Shown here one piece after another: positions 51,118-61,073 of a stretch of DNA of 64,000 bases. Location of the stretch: contig JAOAEL010000007.1 in NCBI GenBank assembly GCA_026416845.1, positions 78-64,077 on the forward strand. The letters are read 5' to 3'. Position numbers and translations under genes: made by a program. This DNA is from Patescibacteria group bacterium (lineage in GTDB: Bacteria; Patescibacteriota; Microgenomatia; UBA8517). Numbering within the stretch: position 1 is the stretch's first letter; every line of letters begins with the position of its first letter. A model generated the notes under the pieces. That model had not been told where the DNA came from, ran no database searches, and saw only the letters and a list, made by a program, of their open reading frames with translations.

Positions 51118-52122
51118 TTAAACAGATTTGACGAGGATGCGTATCATTCTTTCAAATTCGATTGCAGATGTTTGGTATTCTTGGATTAGTTTTCTAGCTC
51201 TTTCTTCATCTTTGTTGATATACGTATTAGATTGATATATTTCTAATGAAGCGCCTAAATTGTGTAGGGAAGTGCCTAAAACTACAATCAAAGGCCATGG
51301 TGCTGAATTAAGAAAATTTATTAATTCTATACCTGTGTCATGTTCGTTAGATTCATTAGACTTGATTTTATTTGTTGTTGATTGTATCCCTTGTTGAAGA
51401 GCTCTTGTAGTTAAAGCTAATAAAGATTGAATTGCAGAATAAATTAATCCAATGTCTACTAATTTTTCAGTTCTTTCTTCTTGAGGATCGATTATAGCTG
51501 TTAACATGCGAGAGATTCCTAAATCCCAGTGTTCTATTAATGACTGACCAGCATTTATTATTTGACTGGTATCAAAGTAAATTACCCATTTATTTCCTCC
51601 TGCATTAAAAGATACCTGAGGAGGTCGATAATCAAGCGCTCGTGCAATTGAGGGAGTTAGATTGGGATAAAGACGTTCTAGAACTTCATGAAATGGTTTT
51701 TTACCGAAACTGATTTCTATTTCCATTTTTCTTATTTCTTCTAAAGCTTCGTCTAAACTTTCAGGTGGGACCATTGTTTTTAGCCTTTCTAAGATATTTA
51801 TCTCAATAAGATTTATATCTGCAAAAACTTGTATATTTCCTCTTTCTGTTGGGATATTGGTATTATCTGTTATTGTGATATTTAATTGTGACAATAATTC
51901 TTCTTTATTGTCTTTTATTGAAACACTTGTGCTTGAAGTTTGTTGCAATTCCCCTGGTAATTGTTTTTTTGGTTCTTGAATTTGATTTATTGTGATCCCT
52001 TCTCTTCTAATGATCACTTTTTCACTGATTAAACCCAAAAATGCCGCTGATAAACCTTGAATAAATTCTCTTCGAGTGCATTTTTGTTGTTTAGAGGGTT
52101 TTATTTTTTCTCGTTCTTGCAT
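51118..52122 (-). CDS. Hypothetical protein with a twin-arginine-like N-terminus
   Basis: 334-aa ORF; TRREFIQG followed by a short hydrophobic stretch. Confidence 0.6.
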   Translation of the reverse strand: MQEREKIKPSKQQKCTRREFIQGLSAAFLGLISEKVIIRREGITINQIQEPKKQLPGELQQTSSTSVSIKDNKEELLSQLNITITDNTNIPTERGNIQVFADINLIEINILERLKTMVPPESLDEALEEIRKMEIEISFGKKPFHEVLERLYPNLTPSIARALDYRPPQVSFNAGGNKWVIYFDTSQIINAGQSLIEHWDLGISRMLTAIIDPQEERTEKLVDIGLIYSAIQSLLALTTRALQQGIQSTTNKIKSNESNEHDTGIELINFLNSAPWPLIVVLGTSLHNLGASLEIYQSNTYINKDEERARKLIQEYQTSAIEFERMIRILVKSV

Positions 52123-52408
52123 TTGATGGTGATTTTATATAATTTTATGTTAAATTGCAAATTATATTTTAAATTTTTAAAGGCTTGTTTTACTTACTAA
52201 ATCAATTACATTTTGTTTTTTGATTTTGATATGCTTTTGAAATAAGACCTACACACTTAAAAACTAAAAAAGTAATAGTTTTTATTTCTGATTGAAAGAT
52301 TTTCCTTCAAGGCGGACTTCTTACTTCTGCTCTTAAGTATTTTTGTAGATTTGTCATTTTTCTTCCTCCTCTACTACTAATACTAGTGATACTTTTAAAA
52401 GTTTCGTT

Positions 52409-52801
52409 TCAATTTGAAAGATATTTTCGAGTTTCGCGAAGGCGAGCGGGTATTTGTGTAAGCCTTGTTTTGTGCGTTAAAAATAAAGCTAATGCAATAC
52501 TACCTAGTCCCAGTCCAAGAGTGCCTTTGTATGTTTCTTCAAACACATTAATTGCAAGTTGTTTAGCTGTTGCTAAATTTTGATTTTCTTCACTTGTTAT
52601 GTTTTGACTTGCTTGTAGGAAATTTTTGTGTTTGAATCTAGCAATTGTGCTATGTGTTGAATAAGCGGTAACACAAAGCAAAACTATGAGAGTTGGCATT
52701 GTGGCGGCGCACAAAAGATATAGCTTTTGTCTTTCACACTTGGCCACATTATGCATTATTTCTTTTGACAAATTTTCGCTGATGGCGTCTTTTATCTTCA
52801 T
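52409..52801 (-). CDS. Putative anti-sigma factor (two TM segments)
   Basis: Overlaps the ECF sigma stop codon (ATGA); membrane protein. Confidence 0.55.
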   Translation of the reverse strand: MKIKDAISENLSKEIMHNVAKCERQKLYLLCAATMPTLIVLLCVTAYSTHSTIARFKHKNFLQASQNITSEENQNLATAKQLAINVFEETYKGTLGLGLGSIALALFLTHKTRLTQIPARLRETRKYLSN

Positions 52802-53373
52802 AAAAGTTTCATTCTAAGATAGTATTTGCCTCTGTGAATTCTGGTTCTAATTGTGTTTATTGGCAAATTCATGGCAGTTGCAATTTTGGCATAAGACATA
52901 TTTTCTATATAAAATTCTCTAAGAGGTTTTTTGTACATTTCTGGCAGTTTTGACAAAGCTTTGATTAATCTTTTGATTTCTTCCATGTGAATAAGTTTAT
53001 CAAGCATTGATTCTTCAGATGTGGGGACATGGTTGGACAGTGCTACCAATTTCTTTTCTTTTTTGATGATATCATAGGCTGTATTTGTCATGATTTTGTA
53101 TATCCAAGGACGAAATGACCTTGTTTCATCGAACTTAGCTAAATTTTTATATGCCTTGACAAATGCGTCTTGAACGGCATCTTTGGCAAGTTCATCATCT
53201 TGTAGGATTATTTTTGCTTTTCTAAAAAGAGGCTGTTGATATTTTTTTACTAAAGCTTCAAAAGATTTAAGATCTCCGTTTTTGCTTCTTGTTACAAGTA
53301 AAATATCGTCAACCAAAGAAAATTCATCCTTCATACTCTTAAATACGATTATCTTGTTAAAAAGTTTCAGCAT
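52798..53373 (-). CDS. ECF RNA polymerase sigma factor (SigE/SigW-like)
   Basis: FEALVKKYQ, DAVQDAFVKAY, FRPWIYKI, SYAKIA..NTIRTRIHRG; start could be an internal ATG. Confidence 0.92.
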   Translation of the reverse strand: MLKLFNKIIVFKSMKDEFSLVDDILLVTRSKNGDLKSFEALVKKYQQPLFRKAKIILQDDELAKDAVQDAFVKAYKNLAKFDETRSFRPWIYKIMTNTAYDIIKKEKKLVALSNHVPTSEESMLDKLIHMEEIKRLIKALSKLPEMYKKPLREFYIENMSYAKIATAMNLPINTIRTRIHRGKYYLRMKLL

Positions 53374-53518
53374 ATCCTGTTTTTACTTTATAACATAAAT
53401 AACATAATTGGCCACGTTTAAACTTGCCGTTGACAAACTCAAATGAAGCGGATTAGGATTAGTCAAGAATTTGGTTCTAGTTCAGAATAGTTCAAATTTA
53501 GACGGGGAGGTGAATTTG

Positions 53519-53695
53519 ATGAAATTTTATAGTGTTCAAATCAGAGAGTCGGTAGAAGTTCCAGACGATCAAGTGGAAGTGGTTACTATGAAAAATGGTA
53601 AGCTGGCGGCTAAAGCAAAAACCACTCATAATGGTCGTGAACTTAAGCTTTTTAAAATCTTAAGCAAAGAGGATGCCGCTCGCCTAAAGAAATAA
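53519..53695 (+). CDS. Small DUF5679-like protein lacking the usual CxxC motifs
   Basis: Strong RBS GGGGAGG; pattern Y.V..R...E....VTMKNG..A.K.....G..LFKI matches the family; promoter candidate TTGACA at 53430. Confidence 0.72.
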   Translation: MKFYSVQIRESVEVPDDQVEVVTMKNGKLAAKAKTTHNGRELKLFKILSKEDAARLKK

Positions 53696-53812
53696 TAGTT
53701 AGATTTTTTGATCTAAAAATTGCAAAAATTTTCTAGTTTTTAGACTTTTAACTTTAAAACAAAGATTACCTTTAAGTGGTAGTCTTTGTTTGGTTTAACC
53801 ATATCTAAGTTT

Positions 53813-54712
53813 ATGATTCCCGCTATTTTGATTACTGGTTTCTTGGGTAGTGGCAAAACTACTTTTGTGAATTATTTGCTTGCTAAGTACCCCAATATCA
53901 AGTTTTCTGTAATCTTAAACGAGTTTGGAGACATTAAATTAGAAAGCCAGTTTATCAAGTCTCATAAAAAAGATGTTATAGAACTTGCCAACGGGTGTAT
54001 GTGTTGTATAGCCAAAAGCGATGTCCCTAGAGTGATTGGTTTGATTCTGGAGAATTCTCCCCAGACAGAGTATTTGCTTATTGAAGCTTCAGGACTTTCA
54101 GATCCTGATCCAATACATGAATCCTTTAATGATCCGCGTGTTTTTGGCAAAGTTTTTCTTGCTAAAGTTGTTTGCATTGTTGACGCTTTGAATTTTTTGG
54201 AGATGAAAAATACTCACCCTACGATTATGGCTCAACTTTCTGATGCCGACTTGGCAGTTATATCAAAAGTCAAAGAAGCAGGAATTGAGAGATCTAATCA
54301 GATACAAAATTTAATTAAAAATCTCATGCCGCTTACTCGTGTAGTGTTGTTTGATGATTCATTTGATTCATCGGAGTTATTCGCCGTCAAAGCAAATTCT
54401 TTGTCAGATGATTATGAAAAAGACAAGAATGATCATCACCATGTGCATGAAAAGTTTAAGGAGTATTGGTTTGTTAGCAGTAATTCTTATTCTCGCAAGG
54501 ATATTGAGGATGCATATAAAAATTTGCCTGAATCAGTCTTGCGTTCAAAAGGTATTGTAGTCTCAAGAGATGGTAAGAAAATTTTGATTCAATATGTAAA
54601 AGGCAAGCTTGAGTTATTGGAAGCAAGCTGGAGTGAAGATGAAGAAAAGAAGACTCAAATACTTTTTATTGGCAAGGATTTTGATGAAAAAGAGATGGAA
54701 AAACTTTTTTGA
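53813..54712 (+). CDS. COG0523/CobW-family G3E GTPase metallochaperone
   Basis: TGFLGSGKTT, NEFG, GCMCC, EASG, His-rich linker, LRSKG. Confidence 0.93.
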   Translation: MIPAILITGFLGSGKTTFVNYLLAKYPNIKFSVILNEFGDIKLESQFIKSHKKDVIELANGCMCCIAKSDVPRVIGLILENSPQTEYLLIEASGLSDPDPIHESFNDPRVFGKVFLAKVVCIVDALNFLEMKNTHPTIMAQLSDADLAVISKVKEAGIERSNQIQNLIKNLMPLTRVVLFDDSFDSSELFAVKANSLSDDYEKDKNDHHHVHEKFKEYWFVSSNSYSRKDIEDAYKNLPESVLRSKGIVVSRDGKKILIQYVKGKLELLEASWSEDEEKKTQILFIGKDFDEKEMEKLF

Positions 54713-54772
54713 TTTCTTTGGAAGCTTCAAAGTTTAAGCAAATCAACATTTTTTTGTTGTTATGTTTTGGTC

Positions 54773-54801
54773 TTGAATTTTGCAACTGAGTTGCATAAAA
54801 T
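54773..54801 (+). promoter_or_regulatory. Promoter of the Fur-family gene with a 7-1-7 inverted-repeat operator
   Basis: TTGAAT (54773-78), 17 bp, TAAAAT (54796-801); TGCAACT-G-AGTTGCA (54781-95) lies in the spacer. Confidence 0.72.
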
Positions 54802-54818
54802 GTTGTTTAGTTTATTGT

Positions 54819-55199
54819 ATGAAAAGAAGTACTCCAGTTCGAAATAAGATTTTAAAACTGCTACGAGTGTGTAAATATCCACTTTCTGTTCCGGAAATTA
54901 ATAAAAAAGTAAAAGCAAACAAAACTACTATTTATAGGCAAATAGAATCCATGATCAAGGAAGGTATTTTGTTTAAATTTGATTTTGGGGATGGTGTGGT
55001 TCGTTATGAATCTGCTTCTAATGGCCATCATCATCATTTGATTTGTAATAATTGTGGAGAGATAGAAGGTGTAGTTCTTGATGACGATTTGACGAGAGAA
55101 GAAAAACTGATCTTTGAGAAAAGAAACTTTTTGGTCACAAGTCATATGCTTGAATTTTTTGGTTTCTGTAAAAATTGTCAGAGTGACACTAAAAGTTAA
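54819..55199 (+). CDS. Fur-family transcriptional regulator (probably Zur)
   Basis: TTIYR, RYE, HHHHLICNNCG, FGFCKNC; next to the COG0523 GTPase. Confidence 0.92.
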   Translation: MKRSTPVRNKILKLLRVCKYPLSVPEINKKVKANKTTIYRQIESMIKEGILFKFDFGDGVVRYESASNGHHHHLICNNCGEIEGVVLDDDLTREEKLIFEKRNFLVTSHMLEFFGFCKNCQSDTKS

Positions 55200-55207
55200 T
55201 TTGTAAA

Positions 55208-56167
55208 ATGAGAATTGCTTTTGTAGGCAAAGGAGGAAGTGGCAAAAGTGCTTTATCTGCGCTTTTTGTAACTTATTTGTCAAACAAGTATCCAGAAAAA
55301 AATGTTTATGCGGTTGATGCAGATTTAAATATACATTTGCCAAGATATCTTGGTTTTAAGTTAAAGTCAAAAAATTTTACCTACTTATCTGATTCCAGAA
55401 GCATGCAGGATATAAGAAATTATTTAATAAATAAGAACACACGCATAAAACACGTTGATCATTTTAGAAAAACTACACCTCCTGCGATTGGTTCTAATAT
55501 TGTTGATTTAGCTGACAAGAATAACTACATATTTAAAAATTATGCCTTGAATCGAAAGAATATTTTCTTAAGTGTAGTGGGGACATATTCTAAAGGAAAA
55601 ATTGGGCAGAGTTGTTATCATGATCATTTGTCTATATTTGAAAACATACTATCGCATTCTTTGGATAGAAATTCATACTTGGTTGCTGATATGGTAGCTG
55701 GGATTGATGCTTTTTCTGGTAGTTTGTATGCGCAATTTGATATTTTGATTGTGGTGGTTGAACCAAGTAGAGCTTCTTTTGAAGTTTTTGATCAGTATTT
55801 AGATTTGGCTAAAGAAGCTGATATTCAAGATTTAATCAGAGTTGTTGGCAATAAAGCAAGAAGCGATGATGATGTGAAATATATTTTAAAATTAATTCCT
55901 AAAAAGTATTTGCTTGGAGTGTTTAGTTATTCAAAGCATGTAGAAAATGTAGATCGAGGAATTGAGAATTTAGATCTAAATAAATTAGAAAAAAACGATT
56001 TTGATGTTTTAGCTAATATAGATGCCTATATAAATAAGATTGTAGTTGATGAAAATTCAAGACTTCAAAGATTGTATGATGTGCATAGGAAATATGTTTC
56101 TCAAGATTACGTGTTGAAAAGATATGGAGACTTGACTTCACAAATAGATAATAATTTTAAGTTTTAA
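55208..56167 (+). CDS. CooC-like ParA/MinD-superfamily ATPase
   Basis: GKGGSGKS deviant Walker A, VDADLN, SCYH, DMVAGID, VVEP, VGNK. Confidence 0.85.
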   Translation: MRIAFVGKGGSGKSALSALFVTYLSNKYPEKNVYAVDADLNIHLPRYLGFKLKSKNFTYLSDSRSMQDIRNYLINKNTRIKHVDHFRKTTPPAIGSNIVDLADKNNYIFKNYALNRKNIFLSVVGTYSKGKIGQSCYHDHLSIFENILSHSLDRNSYLVADMVAGIDAFSGSLYAQFDILIVVVEPSRASFEVFDQYLDLAKEADIQDLIRVVGNKARSDDDVKYILKLIPKKYLLGVFSYSKHVENVDRGIENLDLNKLEKNDFDVLANIDAYINKIVVDENSRLQRLYDVHRKYVSQDYVLKRYGDLTSQIDNNFKF

Positions 56168-56172
56168 TATTT

Positions 56173-57600
56173 ATGAAATCTCCCGAGTTTGGTATTCACC
56201 ATAAAATGGTTTTTAGTGGTCAAGATGCTTTAATTAATTACTTTAATCCTGAGAGTCATCCACCGATTCCTTTAGTTGAGATTCCTAATGATTTGAATCC
56301 TTATTGCGAAGATAGAGTTCGTGTTTTTGGCAAGATAATGTCAGCCACTCCTCTTGCGAATGTTAAATGCTTGCCAGCTTACCATATGCTCGAACAAGCG
56401 TTAAAAGCAGGTAAACTTGCGAATATTGAGAGAATATATGAAAGTTCATCTGGGAATACTGCCTTTTCACTTACTGTAATTGCTCGCGCCTTGGGAATTG
56501 ATGATGTGAATATTTTTGTTTCTAGTTCAATTTCGCCTGAAAAATTAGCTTTTCTAAAACTTCTAGGCATAACTGTGATTGTAAACCAAGAGCCAATGTG
56601 TCCAGACCCAGAAGATCCAGAAAGCGGAATTAACAAGGCTAAAAATTACGCAATGCAGTTTCAAGGTTATTGCCCTTCTCAATATGATAATCCTATGAAT
56701 CCAGATGCGCATTATAGATGGACTGGCCCCCAAATATTTTGGCAGTTGGATGGCAATCTTCAAATATACGCTGCCACACTAGGCACTACTGGAACTATTT
56801 TAGGGAGTGGAAGGTTTCTCAAGGAACACTTGCCTAATTTAAAAGTAGTAGGTGTTGCAAGCGCTGAGGATAAAGTTCGACTGGGTCCTAGATCTAAAAA
56901 TTCTCTTAAAGAAATTGGTTTCCCTTGGCAAGAATTTGTTGATGTTGTTGTGGAAGTTGAAGACAAAGAAGCTTATGAATTAAGTTTAAAGTTGTTCCAA
57001 AGAGGGTTTATGGCTGGGCCTAGTTCAGGATTTAATTTAGCTGGTTTATATCGATACATAGAGGGGATAAAGCGTGATGGCAGTCTTGATTCTTTTAGGA
57101 ATTCTAGTGGCGAGATAGTTTGCGTGTGTATATTTCCGGATGGACCTTTACCTTACTTAAATTCTTATCAGACCAACGTTTCTAGTGAATTAATGTCTAA
57201 AGTGCTAAATGAGCATTTATTAAAGTCGGAATTATTGAAAGCTGAAATTCTCACTGATAGAGGTTTATATCCAGCTAATGTATTTGAGCTTTTGCAATCT
57301 GACAGAAATGTTGAAATATGGGATATTCGCAAAGAAATAGATTATGAAAGATTTAGAATACAAGGAGCAAAAAGAATAGATGTTGAATTAATTGAAAGTA
57401 TGACAGACGAAAAAATTGGCTATTTAACAAGAGAAAATATTTATGTTATTGTGGTCGATTGTGGGTTGGCAGATTTTAGTTATTCTGGAGTTTTAGCTTC
57501 AATGATTTTCAGAAAAGGAATAAACGCCTTTTATATGATAGGGGGGATGGATGATTGGTCAAAAGCTGGTTTTCCTGTAGATAGAGGGTATTTTAAGTAA
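56173..57600 (+). CDS. PLP-dependent cysteine synthase-like enzyme with a C-terminal rhodanese-like domain
   Basis: NVKCLPA (PLP Lys), ESSSGNT, QYDNPMN, GTTGT, GPSSG; C-terminal DIR..YE..RIQGA and GGMDDW. Confidence 0.85.
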   Translation: MKSPEFGIHHKMVFSGQDALINYFNPESHPPIPLVEIPNDLNPYCEDRVRVFGKIMSATPLANVKCLPAYHMLEQALKAGKLANIERIYESSSGNTAFSLTVIARALGIDDVNIFVSSSISPEKLAFLKLLGITVIVNQEPMCPDPEDPESGINKAKNYAMQFQGYCPSQYDNPMNPDAHYRWTGPQIFWQLDGNLQIYAATLGTTGTILGSGRFLKEHLPNLKVVGVASAEDKVRLGPRSKNSLKEIGFPWQEFVDVVVEVEDKEAYELSLKLFQRGFMAGPSSGFNLAGLYRYIEGIKRDGSLDSFRNSSGEIVCVCIFPDGPLPYLNSYQTNVSSELMSKVLNEHLLKSELLKAEILTDRGLYPANVFELLQSDRNVEIWDIRKEIDYERFRIQGAKRIDVELIESMTDEKIGYLTRENIYVIVVDCGLADFSYSGVLASMIFRKGINAFYMIGGMDDWSKAGFPVDRGYFK

Positions 57601-58083
57601 ATAGCTGATTATCTTTTTTTTTATTTGCATAATTTATTTTTTACCACTAGTAATTAAAAAAGAATACTTTAATAATAACTCTTTTGACATGTTGGATTAT
57701 GAAGAAAGTAAAATTACACGAGTATATCAGTTACAGCAGGTAAAGATATTTTAGGGGTATTAAGTTAAACAGGCTCAAAAGTTAAAATTTGTTTGTTTGG
57801 TTAGAAGATCTCTGAAAATTTTCAAGATTTTTGTTGAATGTTTGTGGGTTTTTTTAATTTTTGGAATTTCCTTCTACGAAGAAGGTTAGTTGAGAAAACA
57901 ATTGACAAAGTTGGCAAAAAAGTGTTGCTCGAAAGATAGATTGCTTAAATTAATTATAGATAATGGGAAAAAGGTTGAACTATTTTTTTTGAGAATTTTT
58001 TGATATTATCTCTTGTGTTACCTTAAAATTTGAGGCATTATTTTAATTGCATTTATTTTTTGTGTTTTAAAATTTCAAAATAT

Positions 58084-59355
58084 ATGAAAAAACTATTTTT
58101 AATTGCAGTTTTGTTTATCACTTTTTCTACCTTATCTTTTGGAACAATCAAGGCTCAAGAAAATAATCAAGCTTCAGACGAAGAACAATTACAACAATTA
58201 ATGGATGAGCAGATGCGACAGCAATTACCTCCACCTCCTAAAGAAGAAATTTTTAGAGCAAGAGTTGATGAAATTGTTGAGGAAGGCAATCGTGATATAG
58301 GTGGATATCAAAATATGTTTCAGAAAGTTAAGGTTCGCATTCTTGACGGAGCGGAAAAAGATTCTGTGCATGAGATTGAACATGGAGGGGCATTTAGAAT
58401 TACTGACCAGCAGAAGGTAAAAGCTGGCGATAATGTGGTTTTGCTAAAGTATACTCCGCCAGGAAGTGAATCGCAGTATCACATCGTAGATAAGTATAGG
58501 CTTGATGTTTTGTATGTTTTGTTGTTTGCTTTTTTTGTACTCATATTTACATTTAGTCGTTGGAAAGGAATTGGTTCGTTTTTGGGACTAATTCTTAGCT
58601 TTGTCATAATAATAAAATATATGGTGCCTCAAATAGTTGCGGGGACAGATCCTTTGCAGGTCAGCATCATATCCTCACTTATCATAATGACTACAACTAT
58701 TTATTTAGCTCATGGTTTTTCCAAACAAACAAGCGTTGCTCTTTTAGGTACTGCAATTAGTTTAGTTTTGACAGGTTTATTATCTATACTTATAGTTGAT
58801 CTTGCCAACCTTTCGGGTCTTGGAAGCGATGATGCGTATTCTTTGAGGCTTGGACAAACTGCTGATATAAATTTTAAAGGCTTGCTACTTGCTGGAATGA
58901 TAATTGGTGTTCTTGGCGTTTTAGATGATATTACCACTAGTTTATCCGCTTCTGTTTTTGAGGTGGCGAGAGCCAATCCAAAACAAAAATTTAAAGATCT
59001 TGTCGCAAGTGGCTTAAGAGTTGGGAGAGAACATGTGGCTTCTTTGGTGAATACTTTAATTTTGGCTTATGCAGGTTCCTCTTTGCCTATTCTTTTATTT
59101 ATTGTAATAAATCCGAACAATATTCCCCTTTGGGCTATTGTGAATAGCGAGCTTATTACTGAAGAAATTGTCAGGATGCTTTCTGGTTCGATTGGTCTTT
59201 TGACGGCAGTGCCTATCACAGTTTTACTTGCAGCAAAATTTGCGTCCAGAGAAACTCAGATTTCTGCTTTGGGTGATTTCAGAGCAAACAGCGAAGCAAG
59301 AGTTCGCTCTCGTGCTTCAAGTAAAAAAACTTTGCCAAAACCAAGGGCAAAATGA
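58084..59355 (+). CDS. YibE/F family membrane protein
   Basis: DKYR, IGVLGVLDDIT, SLVNTLILAYAGSSLP, EEIVR..GSIGL. Confidence 0.9.
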   Translation: MKKLFLIAVLFITFSTLSFGTIKAQENNQASDEEQLQQLMDEQMRQQLPPPPKEEIFRARVDEIVEEGNRDIGGYQNMFQKVKVRILDGAEKDSVHEIEHGGAFRITDQQKVKAGDNVVLLKYTPPGSESQYHIVDKYRLDVLYVLLFAFFVLIFTFSRWKGIGSFLGLILSFVIIIKYMVPQIVAGTDPLQVSIISSLIIMTTTIYLAHGFSKQTSVALLGTAISLVLTGLLSILIVDLANLSGLGSDDAYSLRLGQTADINFKGLLLAGMIIGVLGVLDDITTSLSASVFEVARANPKQKFKDLVASGLRVGREHVASLVNTLILAYAGSSLPILLFIVINPNNIPLWAIVNSELITEEIVRMLSGSIGLLTAVPITVLLAAKFASRETQISALGDFRANSEARVRSRASSKKTLPKPRAK

Positions 59356-59734
59356 ATTTTCAGCTTTGTTTTTGCAAGTCAAATTGAAAAAAATTAAGCA
59401 GTAAAGTCTAAATGTCAGCCACTAAATTTTAAACAAGCTTTTGATAATTAGCTTTCAATAAATTTTTTTGGATCTAATGAGATATGTTCAAGCATGTGAG
59501 ATATCATGGCAAATATCCCAAATCCACAAAACAAAATAGTGAAAAAACATTGGTAATTGGTGCATAAATTAATATTTTTCTTATTTCAAGCTTTTTTATA
59601 GTCAGTTTGATGAATATTGTTTCAAATAAAACTACTTTATTTTCTATAAAAAGTGGATTTTAGATGGCAAGAATCGTTTGTTATATGTATAAATTTGATA
59701 TTGTTATGATATTAAAAATTATTACTTTTTTGTA

Positions 59735-60310
59735 ATGACAGCCAGGACACATGATGCATTTGCTTTTACCTCTTTAGTCACTGTGGCGACTATATTTCCG
59801 CCTGATCAAATAAATCTTTATACCTTTTTTGCTTGTATTATTGGCAATATCACTGGGGCTTTGATACCTGATTTAGATGATCAAGGAAATCGGCTTTGGG
59901 ATTTGATGCCTGCTGGGAATTTGTTTGGCAAAATTTTCAGAAGAATATTTTACAAACACAGAACCATATCTCACTCGCTTTTGGGTATGTGTTTGGTTTA
60001 TAAATTCTTTGAATGGTTGCTTCCCAAAATTCTAAACCCTGAGTTTATAGATCCGACTCTTTTGCTTTACTCAATAATGATTGGCTTTGTGTCTCATCTT
60101 GTTGTAGATGCTCTCACCAAAGATGGCATTCCACTTTTTTTCCCATTCAAACCGAATATTGGTTTTCCTCCTTTTGAAGCTTTGAGAGTTCGAACTGGAA
60201 GTTGGGTTGAAAATTTTGTGGTTATGCCGTCTCTTGGAGTATATTTTATTTGGTTTATTAGTAACCATACTGAACAGATTAAGATTTTATTGGAGTCTAT
60301 TAAGACTTAA
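59735..60310 (+). CDS. Membrane metal-dependent hydrolase (YdjM family)
   Basis: TH, PDLD, HRTISHS, SHLVVD..T..GIPLFFP. Confidence 0.9.
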   Translation: MTARTHDAFAFTSLVTVATIFPPDQINLYTFFACIIGNITGALIPDLDDQGNRLWDLMPAGNLFGKIFRRIFYKHRTISHSLLGMCLVYKFFEWLLPKILNPEFIDPTLLLYSIMIGFVSHLVVDALTKDGIPLFFPFKPNIGFPPFEALRVRTGSWVENFVVMPSLGVYFIWFISNHTEQIKILLESIKT

Positions 60311-61037
60311 GTTTTCTTGCGACGGCGATTATTCCGTTTCCGATAAACAAGTTAGTGTAATTCAAAAAAAATTGTTCAATTCTTGTAAGCGCAATCATGA
60401 TTTTATTTATCAAAGTATTCACTTTTGTTACTGCCGTTTGAGAATTATTTCTACCTGATATTTGCCATAGGATGTGTTTAATCAAAGCAGGCAAGAAAAG
60501 AAAAAAATTGATGTAGCTTAATTTTTCGATTTTGAATTTTGTTTGCGCTAGCATTTCTTTTACCTCAGAAATGAAGTATCTTTTTTTGATATGTACCCAC
60601 TTATCGTGTTCAGAGGCAAGCCATGGTATTGCTGATGCTCGCATTATTAAAATCCCATTTGGTTTTAATACTCTAAAAATTTCAGACAAAGCTTTTTGTT
60701 CGTTATCAACTTCGGCAAGATTTATGACATCTATGCATGTTACGATATCAAAATAATTATTTGGGTATGGTATCTTTGTAACGGAGCCGATTTTGACATT
60801 TATGTTTCTTTTTTTTGCATATTTTATTGCTTCTTTTGATAAATCTATTCCATACACTCTACCCAATGCAGACATTTTTTTTGCCAAAAGTCCGGCGCCG
60901 CAACCTGCATCAAGTATTTTGGGATTTTTTTTGCGTGAATATTTTTTAATCAAAGAGATAACAATTGAATGAATACCAACATAGTAAAAATGAGTGGCTT
61001 CGTTTTTGTATATATTTTCGTATTCGGCAGATTCCAT
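60300..61037 (-). CDS. Class I SAM-dependent methyltransferase
   Basis: ILDAGCGAG, GIDLS, RVLKPNG. Confidence 0.9.
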   Translation of the reverse strand: MESAEYENIYKNEATHFYYVGIHSIVISLIKKYSRKKNPKILDAGCGAGLLAKKMSALGRVYGIDLSKEAIKYAKKRNINVKIGSVTKIPYPNNYFDIVTCIDVINLAEVDNEQKALSEIFRVLKPNGILIMRASAIPWLASEHDKWVHIKKRYFISEVKEMLAQTKFKIEKLSYINFFLFLPALIKHILWQISGRNNSQTAVTKVNTLINKIMIALTRIEQFFLNYTNLFIGNGIIAVARKLKS

Positions 61038-61073
61038 TATTTGTTAGATGTTTTAATCTAAAAGTTTCAAATT

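Noticed and set aside
55208-56167. ATPase as a plasmid or chromosome partition ParA
   Set aside because: No parB or parS nearby; motifs and the metal-gene context fit the CooC-like branch better
57601-58083. 480-bp gap upstream of the YibE/F gene as a possible riboswitch or second Fur box
   Set aside because: No recognisable riboswitch core, no convincing copy of the 7-1-7 motif and no credible ORF
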